DNA from: Trichosphaerium sp. ATCC 40318
Lineage: Eukaryota; Protista; Tubulinea
Assembly (NCBI GenBank): GCA_038496445.1
Contig: JALMLS010000256.1
Location: forward strand, 124,001-188,000
Direction: 5' to 3'
Length of the DNA stretch: 64,000 nucleotides
Part shown: positions 26,404-39,201 of the stretch, piece after piece
Layout of the letters: the number at the start of each line of letters is the position of its first letter
Position numbering within the stretch: the stretch's first letter is position 1
Notes under the pieces: model-generated
Seen by the model: the letters and a program-made list of their open reading frames with translations, nothing else
What the model was told of the DNA's origin: nothing
Database searches by the model: none
Made by a program: the position numbers and the translations under genes

Positions 26404-27807
26404 TTGTTATTTCAATGAACTCCTTAAAAAAATTCAGTTATTTCGAATACTTTATGGATACGTTCAAATTCGATGGGTGTTTTTGATGGCAATAGAATGA
26501 AAAAAAAACAAGGTACAGTTGGTCTTGTTTTCCAAAACATAAAAATGAATTTAAAAAAACAAGAAATATTTGAGAAAAACTAATTACGCTGTATTTTACT
26601 AGTAAGGTTATTTTTTAGGCTGTGGTGCACACACTAATCTCCTATAAGGTACTCTTTATGCAACACTAACATTTGAACAGAACGAATGCAAAAGCTGGAA
26701 TTGACGTTGATTTACATTACAATTGTTTTTCAAGTTTACCAGTTGCGACTCGCGGTGCATAAATAAAGCGGGACTAGGAGCCACGTGTTGTTAACTTTTA
26801 CTCGTTTCTGACTGACATTGACGATTAGTCGAGGACTTACTTTCCGGTTACAAACCGGCTAACCGTTTAGGTTTAAATAACTGGCTAAAACGGCTTCTTA
26901 TCAAGTACGTTTCAGTGAAATTTGAGTCTAGAATCGACGTGAACAAGGCAAACGGTAGCTTATTTGCTAGCACATATAGTTTCAAAACCACTTGGTTGTG
27001 GGTGATGCAATGTCCTTACTTGGTTTTGTTGAGGTTTGTCAAAAATTGAGAAAATTGTCACGTGATGCCTCAAAAAGATGTCACTAATGACCATATTTTC
27101 GTGTAAACAAAATAACATGTTACGCCTTGCAGTAGTTTCGCTATAAATTAGTTTGGTTAAACAAACTCAATATTGGACTTTCAGCCACTCAACGCGTAGA
27201 ACTTTGTATTTTAAAGCGTGTTAAAGTAGTTTGGATTAAAAAAATACATTTGGTGGCTGACAATAAAACTAACAACTTTAAAAAAAAGTTCTGAAAAGAA
27301 ACACAACTTTTCTAGTTTCAAAATATGTACCTCTGAGGATCCTCAAAATTTATCGTTACCCGTATCGATAGCGTATGCGTATACTGTGAAGGATATTAGG
27401 TGATCTAGAACAAATTAAAAAACTTGCGTAGAGAAAAACGTGACTCTGTTGTACTGTATAGCGTTATGTAGGTTACGCACCTCCTTGAGTTTGTGTATTG
27501 ATAGTGCCTGAGAAAAATAGTAATGCCTTAACACGTGCTTAATATTCTGATCGGGAGGACCACCTTCAAGTTTATTTACAGTACGTTGTTTTTCTAAACT
27601 CAAGCGTCAGAGCACAAAGCATAATATGTTAAGTGTTACAACTGAATTTTTTTACGTTTTTCTGGCTTTTTTGACACTTTATTTAGTGCAATATGGCATT
27701 CCTTTCCCGTGCTAAACTCCTTATTTTGCAACGATTAAAACCTGAACTCAAGCTTTCACTTAAAAGTCAGTTAAGTTAGCACAAAAAAACGTGTTATTTT
27801 AATAAAG

Positions 27808-30133
27808 ATGATACGGTCAAGAGGTATAAATACGTTAGCTGTACGCCAATATTGCTTTTTGAAGTTGTTCTACTTGCGTTAGTAACAGAAAACTGAGATA
27901 ACCAACCAATATTGCTTTTTGAAGTTGTTCTACTTGCGTTAGTAACAGAAAACTGAGATAACCAACCAAGAACCATCGCAAAACTACCACAGTCACTCGC
28001 GAACGTATACGAAAGTACACAACACAACTTTCCGTTGATAAAAAACAAGAAAGGTAAGAGACAGATCACTTACGAGTAATAATCAATTCTGTAGCACTCC
28101 GGCGGATGACCCTATTGGTATTCAATTAAAACTGGCAACAAATGGACCACATCCGCGATGTACAGGTTATTTACAACTTGCACTATCAAAGAACGAGTTT
28201 TGGAAGCGTTTGGAAGTATTTACAATTAATACCAAAGCTTTGATAGACCGTACGAGACAACATTACAAAAAAAGAAAATTGAATGTTCTGTTCGATTGAC
28301 TTTTTGTACCTTGCGCAGATTACAATTATGGTTCTGTCAACGAAGAATCTACTGAAGAAACCCAAAAACGTGTTGAAAAGACAAAGAAAAGTATTTCAAA
28401 AGCTGTATCTACATGTAAAGAATGGGTTGATAATACACTTTGTATAATGTCACGTGGTGAAACAGGCATTTTTGTTGCTTCTGAGGGAAAGCAAAAAAAA
28501 AGCTGTGTGACAATTTGGCAGCATCCTAAGGGCGGTCCATCTGAAGATGACAAAGAGAGATGGAAGGGAATAGAGAAGGCATTAAAGAGTAAACTTACAA
28601 CCGAAAACGGCAAGATACTGTGAGTCACCTTTTTTTGTCAAACAGATTGCTTACTTTTTTTATTAGCCTTCGAATGCCGCCCTTGGAGAAAATTCCAGAC
28701 GAAGAGTTGAGCGATATAGAAGCAATGTCAAATCCTAAAAGACCTTCTGATACAGTAAATTTATGTTCATTCAATGCTGAAGGACTTGCAACAGCGAATG
28801 GATCTCTTAGGTACAACGGTAAAACTGATTTTGTTGGCGACATGAATGTGCAGTATAAGTGTACCAAGATTAATATGAGAGTACCTAAAGAGGTAGGCCA
28901 CCATTGTTCGATAACGTCCATATCCATTTTATTCGTTAACCCTATCAGGTATTCTATGGATCATCGCTATTTTTGACATTACCCTGGTTCTTATTGTATG
29001 ATGGCTTGAATAAATATCTGGCAAACTCTTTTAAGGATAAACCTTTTTGGCATATTTCAAGATGGTTCAGCGCCCAGATTCTACTGACACTTATCGGTCT
29101 TGGTAGCCATGCAACAGTTGGAGTTTATGGAAATTGCAAGATGAGCGAAGAAAAAGAGAAACAGTTGATGGACTTGTTTGATTTTTCCGGAAAACAGAAC
29201 TTTGGAGAACTTGGGATTAAATCACTAAAGGTACACAGTTTTTCGTGGATTTGTTTTTTAAACCACATTCGGATTACTGCAATACTAGTATCCTATCTTT
29301 GAACTACTTTGCTTTGACATAAATTGTTGTACTATAAAGCGAATAACTCATTCTGTATTAGGGTATGCCAGGAGTAATAACTGTCAATCTAGAGCATTTT
29401 GCCTTGGCAAAATTAATAATTAGAATTGCTCGTTTAGCTAATTTTATTGGTAACATGGGTGCATCAATTACAAGAAAGTTTATTCAAGAAGACGATCAAC
29501 CGATTTTATCACGTGAGTTTTTTTTTTATTTCAATAAAGAATACTGATTTCATCTCTCTGTAGGTTTCGTAGATATGTATACTTTTGATTTTAAGGAGCA
29601 AGGTGTGTTTTATATTGGGTTTTTGTATTCTTCAGCTGGAAGACAAATGCTTCTTTCTACAAACGAAGACATGATGAAACACATCTTATCTTTGGAAAGA
29701 AAATCAAAAAGAAAAATGGTTGGTGGTGACCTTATTCCAGTACTAAGGGTACGTTCATCTAACTTGTTGAACCTACGAAATACCATTACTAACCAAGCGC
29801 TTAAAGGTTACTGATTCTATTGTCTATGATTCGATAGCATTCGGTAAAAAGGCTGCTGTGAAAATCGGCCAAAATGAGTGTTTTACAGAAAACAAAGAAA
29901 ATGCCGAGTTATTGGAGAAAATGAAAAAGGGGACCGCCGATGCACTTGGTAAAATAGGGGAGCTTTGTTCAGAGTTAGAAGGTATTTTCGGAGATGTAGG
30001 ATTTAGGTTACCAAAAGCATTGGAGGTTCATGGTCAAGTTATTGGTGAATCTGTATGTTTCTCTGGAAACCTAAATAATATTGTACACGAGAAAGCTGGG
30101 AAAGAATTTCAGGCTTATGTAAAAGAAGAATAG
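27808..30133 (+). CDS. Hypothetical multi-exon protein
   Basis: In-frame exon chain from 28095 through ORFs 28620, 28973, 29365, 29575 and 29858 to stop TAG at 30133. The 5' exons around the 60-bp repeat could not be resolved. Confidence 0.55.
27846..27969. repeat. Perfect 60-bp tandem duplication (2 copies)
   Basis: CCAATATTGCTTTTTGAAGTTGTTCTACTTGCGTTAGTAACAGAAAACTGAGATAACCAA starts at both 27846 and 27906. Confidence 0.95.
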
Positions 30134-30436
30134 CTAGTTAATATACCCAAGCGCATTGTATAAAACACGTGCCATCAAGCTAAAGTTGTACCAGGATTTC
30201 GCAAATGTAATTAACTTCTACATCTTTTTTGTATGTTTTCTCTTAAACAATGAATCTATTTACAACATTGCAATTGATACTAAGGTAAAATTGACCATGA
30301 CTACCAACACGCGTCATTTTTCTTACCACCAAAAACCATCTACGATAATTTCTTGGTCGAGACGGTCTCTTCAAAAATTCTTTTCATTTTGCTCGTGTTG
30401 TAATTCTTTAATGTACATTCATTTTATTGTTTATAT

Positions 30437-32016
30437 TTAACCCTCCAAAGCTTCCTCAATTGCTTTAAGTTCCTTTTCTCTATTGGTTGAAGCTTTAATG
30501 GCAACATAGCCCAAAATTGAAGCCTAAAAAAATAGATTAACAAAAAAGTGCGACAGAAGGTGTAAGAAAAAACTTACAGCCACCCCAACCACAACTATAA
30601 ACACCACTACTGCAACAGCAGGATAAATCCACACAGCAATACCTTCATCTTCACTTGCACAAATATCAATACTCCGTAAATTAACGAGCATAGCAGTTGA
30701 TCTATAATTAGGAGAAGCGTTGACTTGTTTGCATTCGTCATTGTTTACAGCAGCAACAGAATCGAATTCTCCTCTATGACACGCATACGTAATCATACGA
30801 ACAGAATCAAGTGAAGATAATGAGACATTAGATAAGTCAATTGTCAGTGAGCCTTGTAAATTAGCACAGCCAGATATGATTACTTCTGCGCCTACATACA
30901 ACGTCAATTAAAAAAACGTATAAAACTGTATTGTCACGTGATTAATTTGAAATCTTACCTATTGATATAGTGATGTTTTGAGAAAAGTTTACAGCGCCAT
31001 CAACTTCCAGAGATGAACGTAAAACTATTATAGGCTCGAGGGTTACATCTGTTGCCAGTGACCACGTGGAATTTAAGCAAATCGCTTCGGGTGACGGAGG
31101 CGGACAAATACATTCTAACTCACATATACTTCTAGTTGGAGCTTCCGTTGTTGGTTGATAGGTAGGTTGTAAAGTAGGCTCTCCAGTAGGCGACGAAGTT
31201 GGAAAATCGGTTTGTCCTACATTGTTCAGTTATTCAAACGTCCACTAATTCATTCGGTACGCTAAATAAATCTCTGCTTGAAAGACGTACCAGGGTTCGG
31301 AGCACAAAGATTCGTCTGATCATTTAGTATCTTCCAATCTACCCTTGAGTTTGTATCGATATTACTAGCGCGACCATAATAATTTCCTTTGGGTACATAT
31401 GTTCCTGTCCAATTACCAGATATGGCTAGATACGAACAAAAAAGTTACACAACACAGCTAAATGTTACTAATTCTTAGTCGCACTTATGTTACCAAACAC
31501 TACGTAGTCCATTTCTTCGTTATTTTCTGAATCTGAAAGTAAGCTCACCCAAAATTTTGAGGGTCCCCAGTCGACGTCAGGTACTCCAACAGTGATCAAA
31601 GATGGAGGACATTGACTTGGCGCTATGTTCAGTAAGTGAGGTGAGGTTTTAATTGATTTTCGAGCTTACTTGTCGAAGGAGAATCGCTAAAAACGTGAAC
31701 CTCTCCAGGCGAAAGTGATAAGTTTGGTACAATGATGTCAGGCGTTTTTTTATTAGGGAGATCAGGTATATCAGAACGTATTATCCAACCAGTGATGTTT
31801 ATTGTTTCAACGGGTGAAAGATTACGTAATTCGATGTAGTCTGGATCTCCTGTGGATACTTCATTTATAACAACCTATTTTCAGAATAATTTAATTTTAG
31901 AGGTTTGATTTTTTTCGGTTTTAATTAGCCTATTTTAATTAAAATCGTACTTGCGAAGATACATTGTATAATAGAGATATTATTAATATGAAAATTATCA
32001 CGTGTGCTGTCGGCAT
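30437..32016 (-). CDS. Type I membrane protein with extracellular lamin-tail-like domain (LTD) and Pro/Thr stalk
   Basis: Signal peptide MPTAHVIIFILIISLLYNVSS and LTD signature VVINEVSTGDPDYIELRNLSPVETINITGWII...LSPGE. PTSSPTGEPTLQPT stalk and TM WIYPAVAVVVFIVVVGVA. Confidence 0.75.
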
Positions 32017-32577
32017 TATGTTTACAAAAGTCAAATAACAAAAAAAAAAACTCTAAGTTCTTTTTGTAACACTTAAGTACTCTAATCTTTGAACAGGTGT
32101 AAAGATGCAGTTGAAGGTTGTAGCCCATTATTTGTGGCGTTACAATTGTTTTATTATTGTTGACGCAATCAAGTTGTCAACATTTTCGTGCCACCACAAT
32201 ATCTCAATTTAGTAACGATTAAACACAGAAAAGTAGAAGGAACTATTGTTCAAAAGTCCGCTAACATAACTTTGTTATTACTACCCTAGCTATCCACCAT
32301 TGATTTCCCGCATCAACCACCAACTCATCCACCAACTCTACCCTGTGAGGGAACACGAAAACGTTTAAACGAAAACATTAAAAGGAATCTTAGTGCTATG
32401 TACCGGTTTCTAAATCACGTGGGTAACCTTGGCTTTGAAAAGCTATTCCAACCAATATGCACCTCTTACAATATATTTCAAAAGTTCGAGCTTTTACTTC
32501 GTGCAAGAACTCACCTAAACGGCACAGGCAATGTTTGGATCAAGATGTACAAAAATAACTTGAGATTTTATGGAAGT

Positions 32578-34099
32578 TTATACATCTATTTGTTTAGCAA
32601 GCTCAACCATTGCATCTTTGAATTCATCTCCACCAAAAAACAAAGACATGTGGCCGTGATCTACAGTTACATTAGACGTTCATGTTCTTTTTCAAACACA
32701 ATTACAACATCGAAACGTACTTGGTACAACCTCGTATTTACAATGCTTAAATAAGTCACACCAATACCTACCCTGAGGTGGTTTGATAGTCTATTAATCA
32801 GTAAGATAATCGAAATATTTTGAATATCACATGACATACCAGATCTTCTTTTCCATGAAGAATCCTAACATATTTTACTTCATCTCTTTTAGAAGTCTTC
32901 ATCTCTGGCCACTCTCTACTAGAAAGAAGCATAGCATCTCTATAGAAACCAAGAGTGCTTGTTCTAAATGATTCTTTGTAGCTTGGCAAAACGACATTTG
33001 TAAAGAAATCTAGGTGCTACATAAGAACTCGACCAAACTTCGAAAAGAAAAATCAAAAATACCATCATCTGTCCCAGTCAAAAACTCAACCATTGAAGCG
33101 TCCGCAGGCGAAGGCATATACATTTCCAAATCTAAAACAGTATTGTAAATACTTACAAACTATGTAGACTTGTATTTATCCTTACCAAAGGCCATAATCT
33201 TGCGAGTATAAGAAAGTAAAGTTTTGATTCTAATGAACCTGAAAACACGTCAGATACTAGAATAACGGCAATGTCACATTACCAACTAGTGAACCGCATG
33301 AGTTGTGGTACTTGACCTACGTAATCAAAAGCGGTCATAAGAAGCCAGTGGCCATGCTCAGAGTATCTCCCTTCCATACTAGGTGGCGCTAAATAGAATA
33401 AGACATCGGATAGCGCGTGCTCACACATTTACACCACAACTTGCAAGAAGCTATTCTACAACAGTTAAACGTACCTACTGGTGATACTGCTACCACACCA
33501 GATACTCGGGGCATCAAGTTCGGATCCGAGCTACACATGAGCGAGAACGCACCTGAGAAACAGTATTAGAGCGAACAGAAGTGTTAACTGTATTTTACAC
33601 ACCACCCATCGACACGCCGCCCAAACCAATCATTTTAGCGTCTAAATGATCAGCGAGCTCTAGTACGTCTGCGCAAACTGATGTAAAGTCTATGTTTTTT
33701 ACATTTGGCTCGGAGAGCCCGTAGCCGGGTCTATACATACTTTAGACAAGTACTATCGGTACAAGTATAGCGTACCTATCAACAATAACAAGACGGAATG
33801 ATGACATATCTTCTTTACCTGGCGTTGCCCAAACAGGTGGAGACAATCGCGATGCGCCGCCACCAGGGAAGAAAACGATGTAAGGCCCTTCTGAGCCATG
33901 TACAGCTAAACGCTCATTATTCACATAATTAATCGTTTCATACGCTACCATAACCCATTTTACGTCCATCGCGAAGCGTTAGAGAATTATTTTGTACACC
34001 ATTGAAAGGTAAGGTTAATTCAGCTGTAGGAAAGTCCATCGCAACTAGTATTGCCAGTATAGCGATAGTTCCCAAAAATACAGAACTGCAACTGCACAT
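32578..34099 (-). CDS. Alpha/beta-fold hydrolase (Abhydrolase_1-like) with N-terminal hydrophobic anchor
   Basis: Motifs LRDGRKMGY, VDRPGYGLS, nucleophile GVSMGG, HGKEDL and catalytic His in PNHGHMSL. Confidence 0.85.
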
Positions 34100-34268
34100 T
34101 ATACCTTTTAAAAGAAAAGCCATTAGAACTGACGTTGACTCGCCTTAATCAACGTCCAAACACGAACAGTTAACGTCCTTCACTCACTAATAACATAATT
34201 CATACAGAGACGTCTTTTGTTTGTTATACAACCTCAAAAATCGCGTATTTTATTTTTATTCACACTAT

Positions 34269-35239
34269 TTATTCTGCTGTCTCAACTTCTGGAACTTGTT
34301 CGGCCTCAGCTTGAAGTGCGGCTTCTTCTTCAGCAGCTTTTGCAGCAGCAGCGGCAGCAGCCTCAGCAGCAGCAGCCTCTTCTTTGGCGGCTTGCTCTTT
34401 GAGTTGCTTAACCATCTCCTCTCTCTTGGTTTTGCTCTTAACAATAACACGGTCAGCTACATTGTCCATTTCTTTACGACCAGCAGCGGAGATTATACGA
34501 CCTCTGAGTAAAAACATTAGAAATTTCAGACTACGAGAAAGCAAAACAGAAATATGCTTTAAAACCAAAGTTTATCATAAAAGCGTCAAGGCAATCATTA
34601 CGTACCCTTTACGGCCTTTTTGTAAAATGCCAGCCTTTTCAAGGGCTTTGACACATGTTCTGATAAGGGCAGGGGAAGCTAGGGTTAAAAAAATCAGTTT
34701 TAACACATGATAATTAAAACGCATTGAAAAAGCAACAATAAGCGATTAAAACAAATTTTGATCGTTTAAACGGCAATTCGACAAAATGACAGAAAAATAA
34801 TTAAAATGCCTGTTTTTCGTCTTTAGCTCGCGTCGTACCTTTGCCGTGTCGGGATGGACGTACACCACGTCTCCATGGTCCTCCAAATCTGTTCAAAAGG
34901 GCGCTGGTACCAACCATACCGCCGTTGATGTAAATAACGCGTGCAATAGCAGCTATAACGACCATGAGCGCTTTTTTGAGGCAACGAAAAAAATGTAGGC
35001 TCCTTTTTTTACGTACCACAGCGAATGTAGAACCAATCTGGGTTACGTGGAGAGTATTCTTTAAACCTTCCAGTCTTTACGATATCAACCCAAGATGGGA
35101 CCTCAAGCTTTCCGCTTGCTTTCAAATATTGGCCCATAGCGGTGACGAAGTGCTTAGCCTTGACATCTTTGACGCCAGTGCGTTGATAGTGAGGGAGGGA
35201 GAGTTGTTCCTCCAATAATACTCCAGTGAGAACAGACAT
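34269..35239 (-). CDS. RPS19: 40S ribosomal protein eS19 with N- and C-terminal extensions
   Basis: GVKDV...[44 protein letters not shown]...GVRPS...GRIISAAGRKEMDNVA. Three coding introns plus a 5'UTR intron at 35245-35498. Confidence 0.95.
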
Positions 35240-35627
35240 TGTATCTGAGGATTAGTGTGAGTATTAATGACGCATTACGCAATTTTTCAAAAGTGTATCA
35301 ACATTGTTTTGCAAATGCGCTCTTTGGCGTTGTAAATAAATGGAACATGAGTTTTAGGAGTGGAACGGCATACGAAAGCGTTTAAAAGCAAATAGTATGT
35401 CGATCTATCACATCAGCATAAACACGCTTGATTAATGATTTTTCGAGTTTTTAGGTCCAATTCTAGTGATACATAGCAAAAAAACACGATACACGTACCT
35501 AAGAGCCAAAGTTTAGTTGGAAATAAGCACGAAAAAATGAATTTAGTTTGACAATTTTCTCTGACTGATTTTTACACAAAATTATTGAGTCGGCAAAGAC
35601 TTGTTTGTCGCAGCGGTTTTACTCATA

Positions 35628-38600
35628 ATGACACACCAGCAGCAAGTACGTAAATACCACTAACAAAATATAACAACTCGCACCTGTTCGCGTTTTGTAG
35701 TTTGTAGCACTCCCTTTGTAGAACTGAAATTTTTGACGTTAATTGCGTAGGGTGCTGTGGATCCGCAGCAGCAGCAACAATATGCTCAGTATTATGCTCA
35801 ACAGCAACAATACTACGCCCAAGCTTGGCAACAACAAGGAGCGCAAGGCTGGGGTCAACAAAGCGGCGAACAACAAGGTGCTCAAGGTTGGGGTCAACAC
35901 CAAGGCGGCTATGATCAAGGCGGTTGGGGCCAACAACAAGGTGGTTATGGTCACGGTGGCTGGGGTCAGCAAGGCGGCGGTGGTGGTACGAATAAAATAT
36001 TTGAATTAATTATTTTAAAACATTTTGCCCTTTCTTATTTCGCTAACAACGCATAGACTGGGGTGGTCACCACGGAGGCGGTTATGGAGGCGGACATGGT
36101 GGAAGCCATCATCATCAAAACCATCATCAGAGACCAATCGCGCCACCTTCAACGGTACGCAAATTTTTAAAAAATGAATTAATTTTCTTTTTCTCATTCT
36201 GGCATTTAAATCGATGACTGACGCTTATGTTAGACTATTTGGGTAGGTAACTTACACCCAGAGACTCAAGAAGTAGAACTTCATCAAGCTTTCACTCCTT
36301 TTGGTGAGATATTAAGGTAGGTTGCGTTGCGCGTTGTTAATCAAAATCTAACGTGTTTTTAGCATAAAATTGTTGCAACATAAAAATTGCGCTTTTGTGC
36401 GTTACAAGGATATGGAAGGATCTACTGCCGCTTATAATAATATGCGTAATTGTACTATTCATGGACAGATGGTTAAAGTAAACTGGGGTAAAGCTCAGGT
36501 ACAAACAGGACCTCCCTTAATTTTTTTTTAGCCGTGAATCTTATAATTTTTTTAGGCGCCAAGACCGGATGATGATCGCGATAGACAACGTCCAGGTGAT
36601 CCACCACCATGTAGAAATCTATGGTACGTACTAAGAATAATTTTTCGGCATGTGAAGCGCTGTTCTTGATCAAAAGAGCGGTTGGAAGAATTTTCAAAAA
36701 AAAAGATGACTCTTCGTAATAAATGTTTAGGTTGGGTAATATTCCACCAGATACTTCAGAAGATGAAATTCGTGGAGCGTTTGTCCAGTTTGGAGAGATC
36801 ACACGCATCAAAGTGTTACCACATAAAAACTGCGCGTTTGTCAATTTCAGAGACCTTGAAAAGGCGTTAATTGCACGTCGTCAGATGAACGGAAATTTTA
36901 CATTGCGTGGAAACGTAATTAAAGTTAATTTCGGAAGAGTAAGTGTAATAATCAGTTTTTTGTTTTACGCTTTTTTTTTATTTCGTTCCTTCTTTCGCTT
37001 GTCGCTAAACTCGTTGTAGGAGACACAAAAGGATAAGAACGATTATGGATCATTGGGTCTTGAGGGACTTCCACCACCAGATCATGAAGATTTGGCCAGT
37101 ATTGGCATACACATTGATGATAGACCGCCAGAGCCAGAGAATATCTTTTTTGATCATTTTTTTTCTTTTGTTTTTTTTCTGTTGCGCTGTTTGTTCTTAA
37201 CTCACTCCACATCAAGAACGTAAGACAGTCATTGACAAATTGGCTACATTTGTTGTCAAGAGTGGACCTGCGTTTGAAGAAAATGTCAAAACAAAACAAG
37301 GAAACAATCCTAAGTTTAGTTTCTTGTTTGAAGGACAAGATGATTACGAATATTACAAATGGAAAATATATGACTTAAGGAAAAACCAAGAAGAATCGGT
37401 AACTATAAACAGACATCTTAACAATCAATTCTTTATTATTATACTTCATTCATTATCATTCTTTGCTTTGGCTTATCTCCAGTCAAGCGAAAAAGGCTCG
37501 AGGTTTTTTTTCTTTGAACCAAAAAAAAACTTACAACAAAACTCAAAATTAAGGTCGTACGACCTTGCCTCTTTTGCCTTACTTTTATACGCTTGACTGG
37601 GATAAGTTCTATTGCTATATTCTAATACTCTTCTTAATCTTTATCTAACCGATCAAAAGCCGGGAAGCAAAAAACCAGAAAATCAAAAACCAAAAAATAT
37701 CTTTATTACTAACTGAGCAAGCCTTCGTGTTTAGTTTTTTTCATTTTTCTCTTACTATTATTATTACTCCACTACTCCTTACTTTTTTCTTTTCCCCACA
37801 TCCTTCTTCTATTTCTAACAAACTCCCAACCTCCCTGAAGAAGAGAAGGCGCCTGAAAAAAACCGGGCGGGAGAATGTTTCATTTGGTAACAAGATATCT
37901 TCCTAGGGAGCAGTAGCAGTCGCACCACAGGAAGGTCCTTATAGCGCACCTGCAAGATTGGCACCTGATGAGACTAAGGAATTATCAAGGTTATTGTTAA
38001 CATTGGTGGCAACGAATGAAAGCATCAAGGTACGTTTGTTTTTGTCAAAAAAAAAAGTGAGTAATTTCTTCTCTAAATTGTTTTATTTAGCGTGGCACAG
38101 ACTACATCATGGAGCGTAAAACAAAGGCACGAGAAATATCGAACTTTATGAAGATGAGAGCTACTGCCAATGTGAGTTTTGATACAAAACTCAATCTTTT
38201 ATACCTCCTCAATGACGTGCTTCAACACAGGTACCCAGTTTGTTTTTTTTATTTTTGAAAACTTAATGTCTTTGTAGCCGTGATGCACGTAAAGAAGGAG
38301 AAGAATCTGATGTATTTGCGTTTAACTTTTCAACGCATATTGAAAACATTATGGTTAATGCTTACTCTGTCCATACAAACCAAGAGGAAGCCAATAAGCT
38401 ATTTACAGTGCGTGTCTTTGGAATTTCTTTTTGTTTTTTCTTCAATTTTTTGAGAAATTTGTTTTACCCGAAGTCCCCTTTTGCCCGGTTTGATTGTTTG
38501 TTCTTGGCTTTTTCTAATCCCTTTAATTTTAGTTATTGGATATTTGGGGTCAAAGAAAGATTTTCAAAGAAGACTTACTCGCAGTTATCAAAAAGAAAAT

Positions 38601-39126
38601 GGAAGAAACTGGTACGAAGTTATTTGAATATTGATTTTTTATTTACATTGTATTAGCCCCACCAGCGCCACCAGAGCTTCCACCACCTGGTGTAGGTCTT
38701 CATGAACCTCCAGCCGGTTATCACAACGTTGTACGTGATTATGAGTTGCCTTCTTTTCTTGCTCTGTTCTAATCTCCTTTTTTAGCCTCCACCACCTCCT
38801 AGCCAACAACAAACAAGCCAGTCTCGCGCTGTTGATGATTTTTTGGCTCGTCACTCTAGACCATCCAATAGAGGGTCAGACCGTGGATATGATGATAGAG
38901 GATCGGACCGCGGATATGATGACAGAGGCCGTGATAGAGATTATGACAGAAGAGATGACAGGTATTAATTGTTACATTTGTCTTTTTTTTTTATTATTTT
39001 CGATTTTGTTTGTCTTGGTCTAACTAGACGTGTAGGAAGCGTCGTAGTTCACGTTCTCCGCGAAGAGATAGAGACAGAGATAAGAGATCCAGAGGATGGG
39101 ATAGCAAGGGTAGTCGTTATGATTAG
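35628..39126 (+). CDS. Splicing-associated RNA-binding protein: Q/G/W-rich N-terminus, 2 RRMs, SURP, CID, Pro-rich and RD/RS tail (CHERP/U2SURP-like)
   Basis: RRM1 TIWVGNL...KNCAFVRY; RRM2 NLWLGNI...KNCAFVNF; SURP VIDKLATFVVKSGPAFEE...PKFSFL...YEYYKWK; CID KLNLLYLLNDVLQH...LLDIWG; RS/RD C-terminus. Confidence 0.85.
37141..37210 (+). other. U12-type AT-AC intron
   Basis: Begins ATATCTTTT, has branch site TTCTTAAC (37194-37201) and ends CAC. Removal gives PPEPE-N-QERKTVIDKLATFV, the intact SURP start. No in-frame GT donor is available nearby. Confidence 0.85.
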
Positions 39127-39201
39127 TCACAATCAAAAACTTTCAAAGTCTTTTTTTTGGTTTTTTTTGAATGGAGCTTTGTTTTATTGAACTCTTTTCT
39201 T

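Noticed and set aside
27846-27969. CRISPR array
   Set aside because: Only two directly adjacent copies with no spacer, no cas genes, and a eukaryotic context.
32721-32730. 10-nt microexon in the alpha/beta hydrolase
   Set aside because: The upstream sequence reads as one continuous exon (TIKPPQGRYWCDLFKHCKYEVVP), so no microexon is needed.
35245-35498. Intronic snoRNA in the long RPS19 5'UTR intron
   Set aside because: No convincing C box (RTGATGA) with terminal D box, or H/ACA layout, could be identified by eye.
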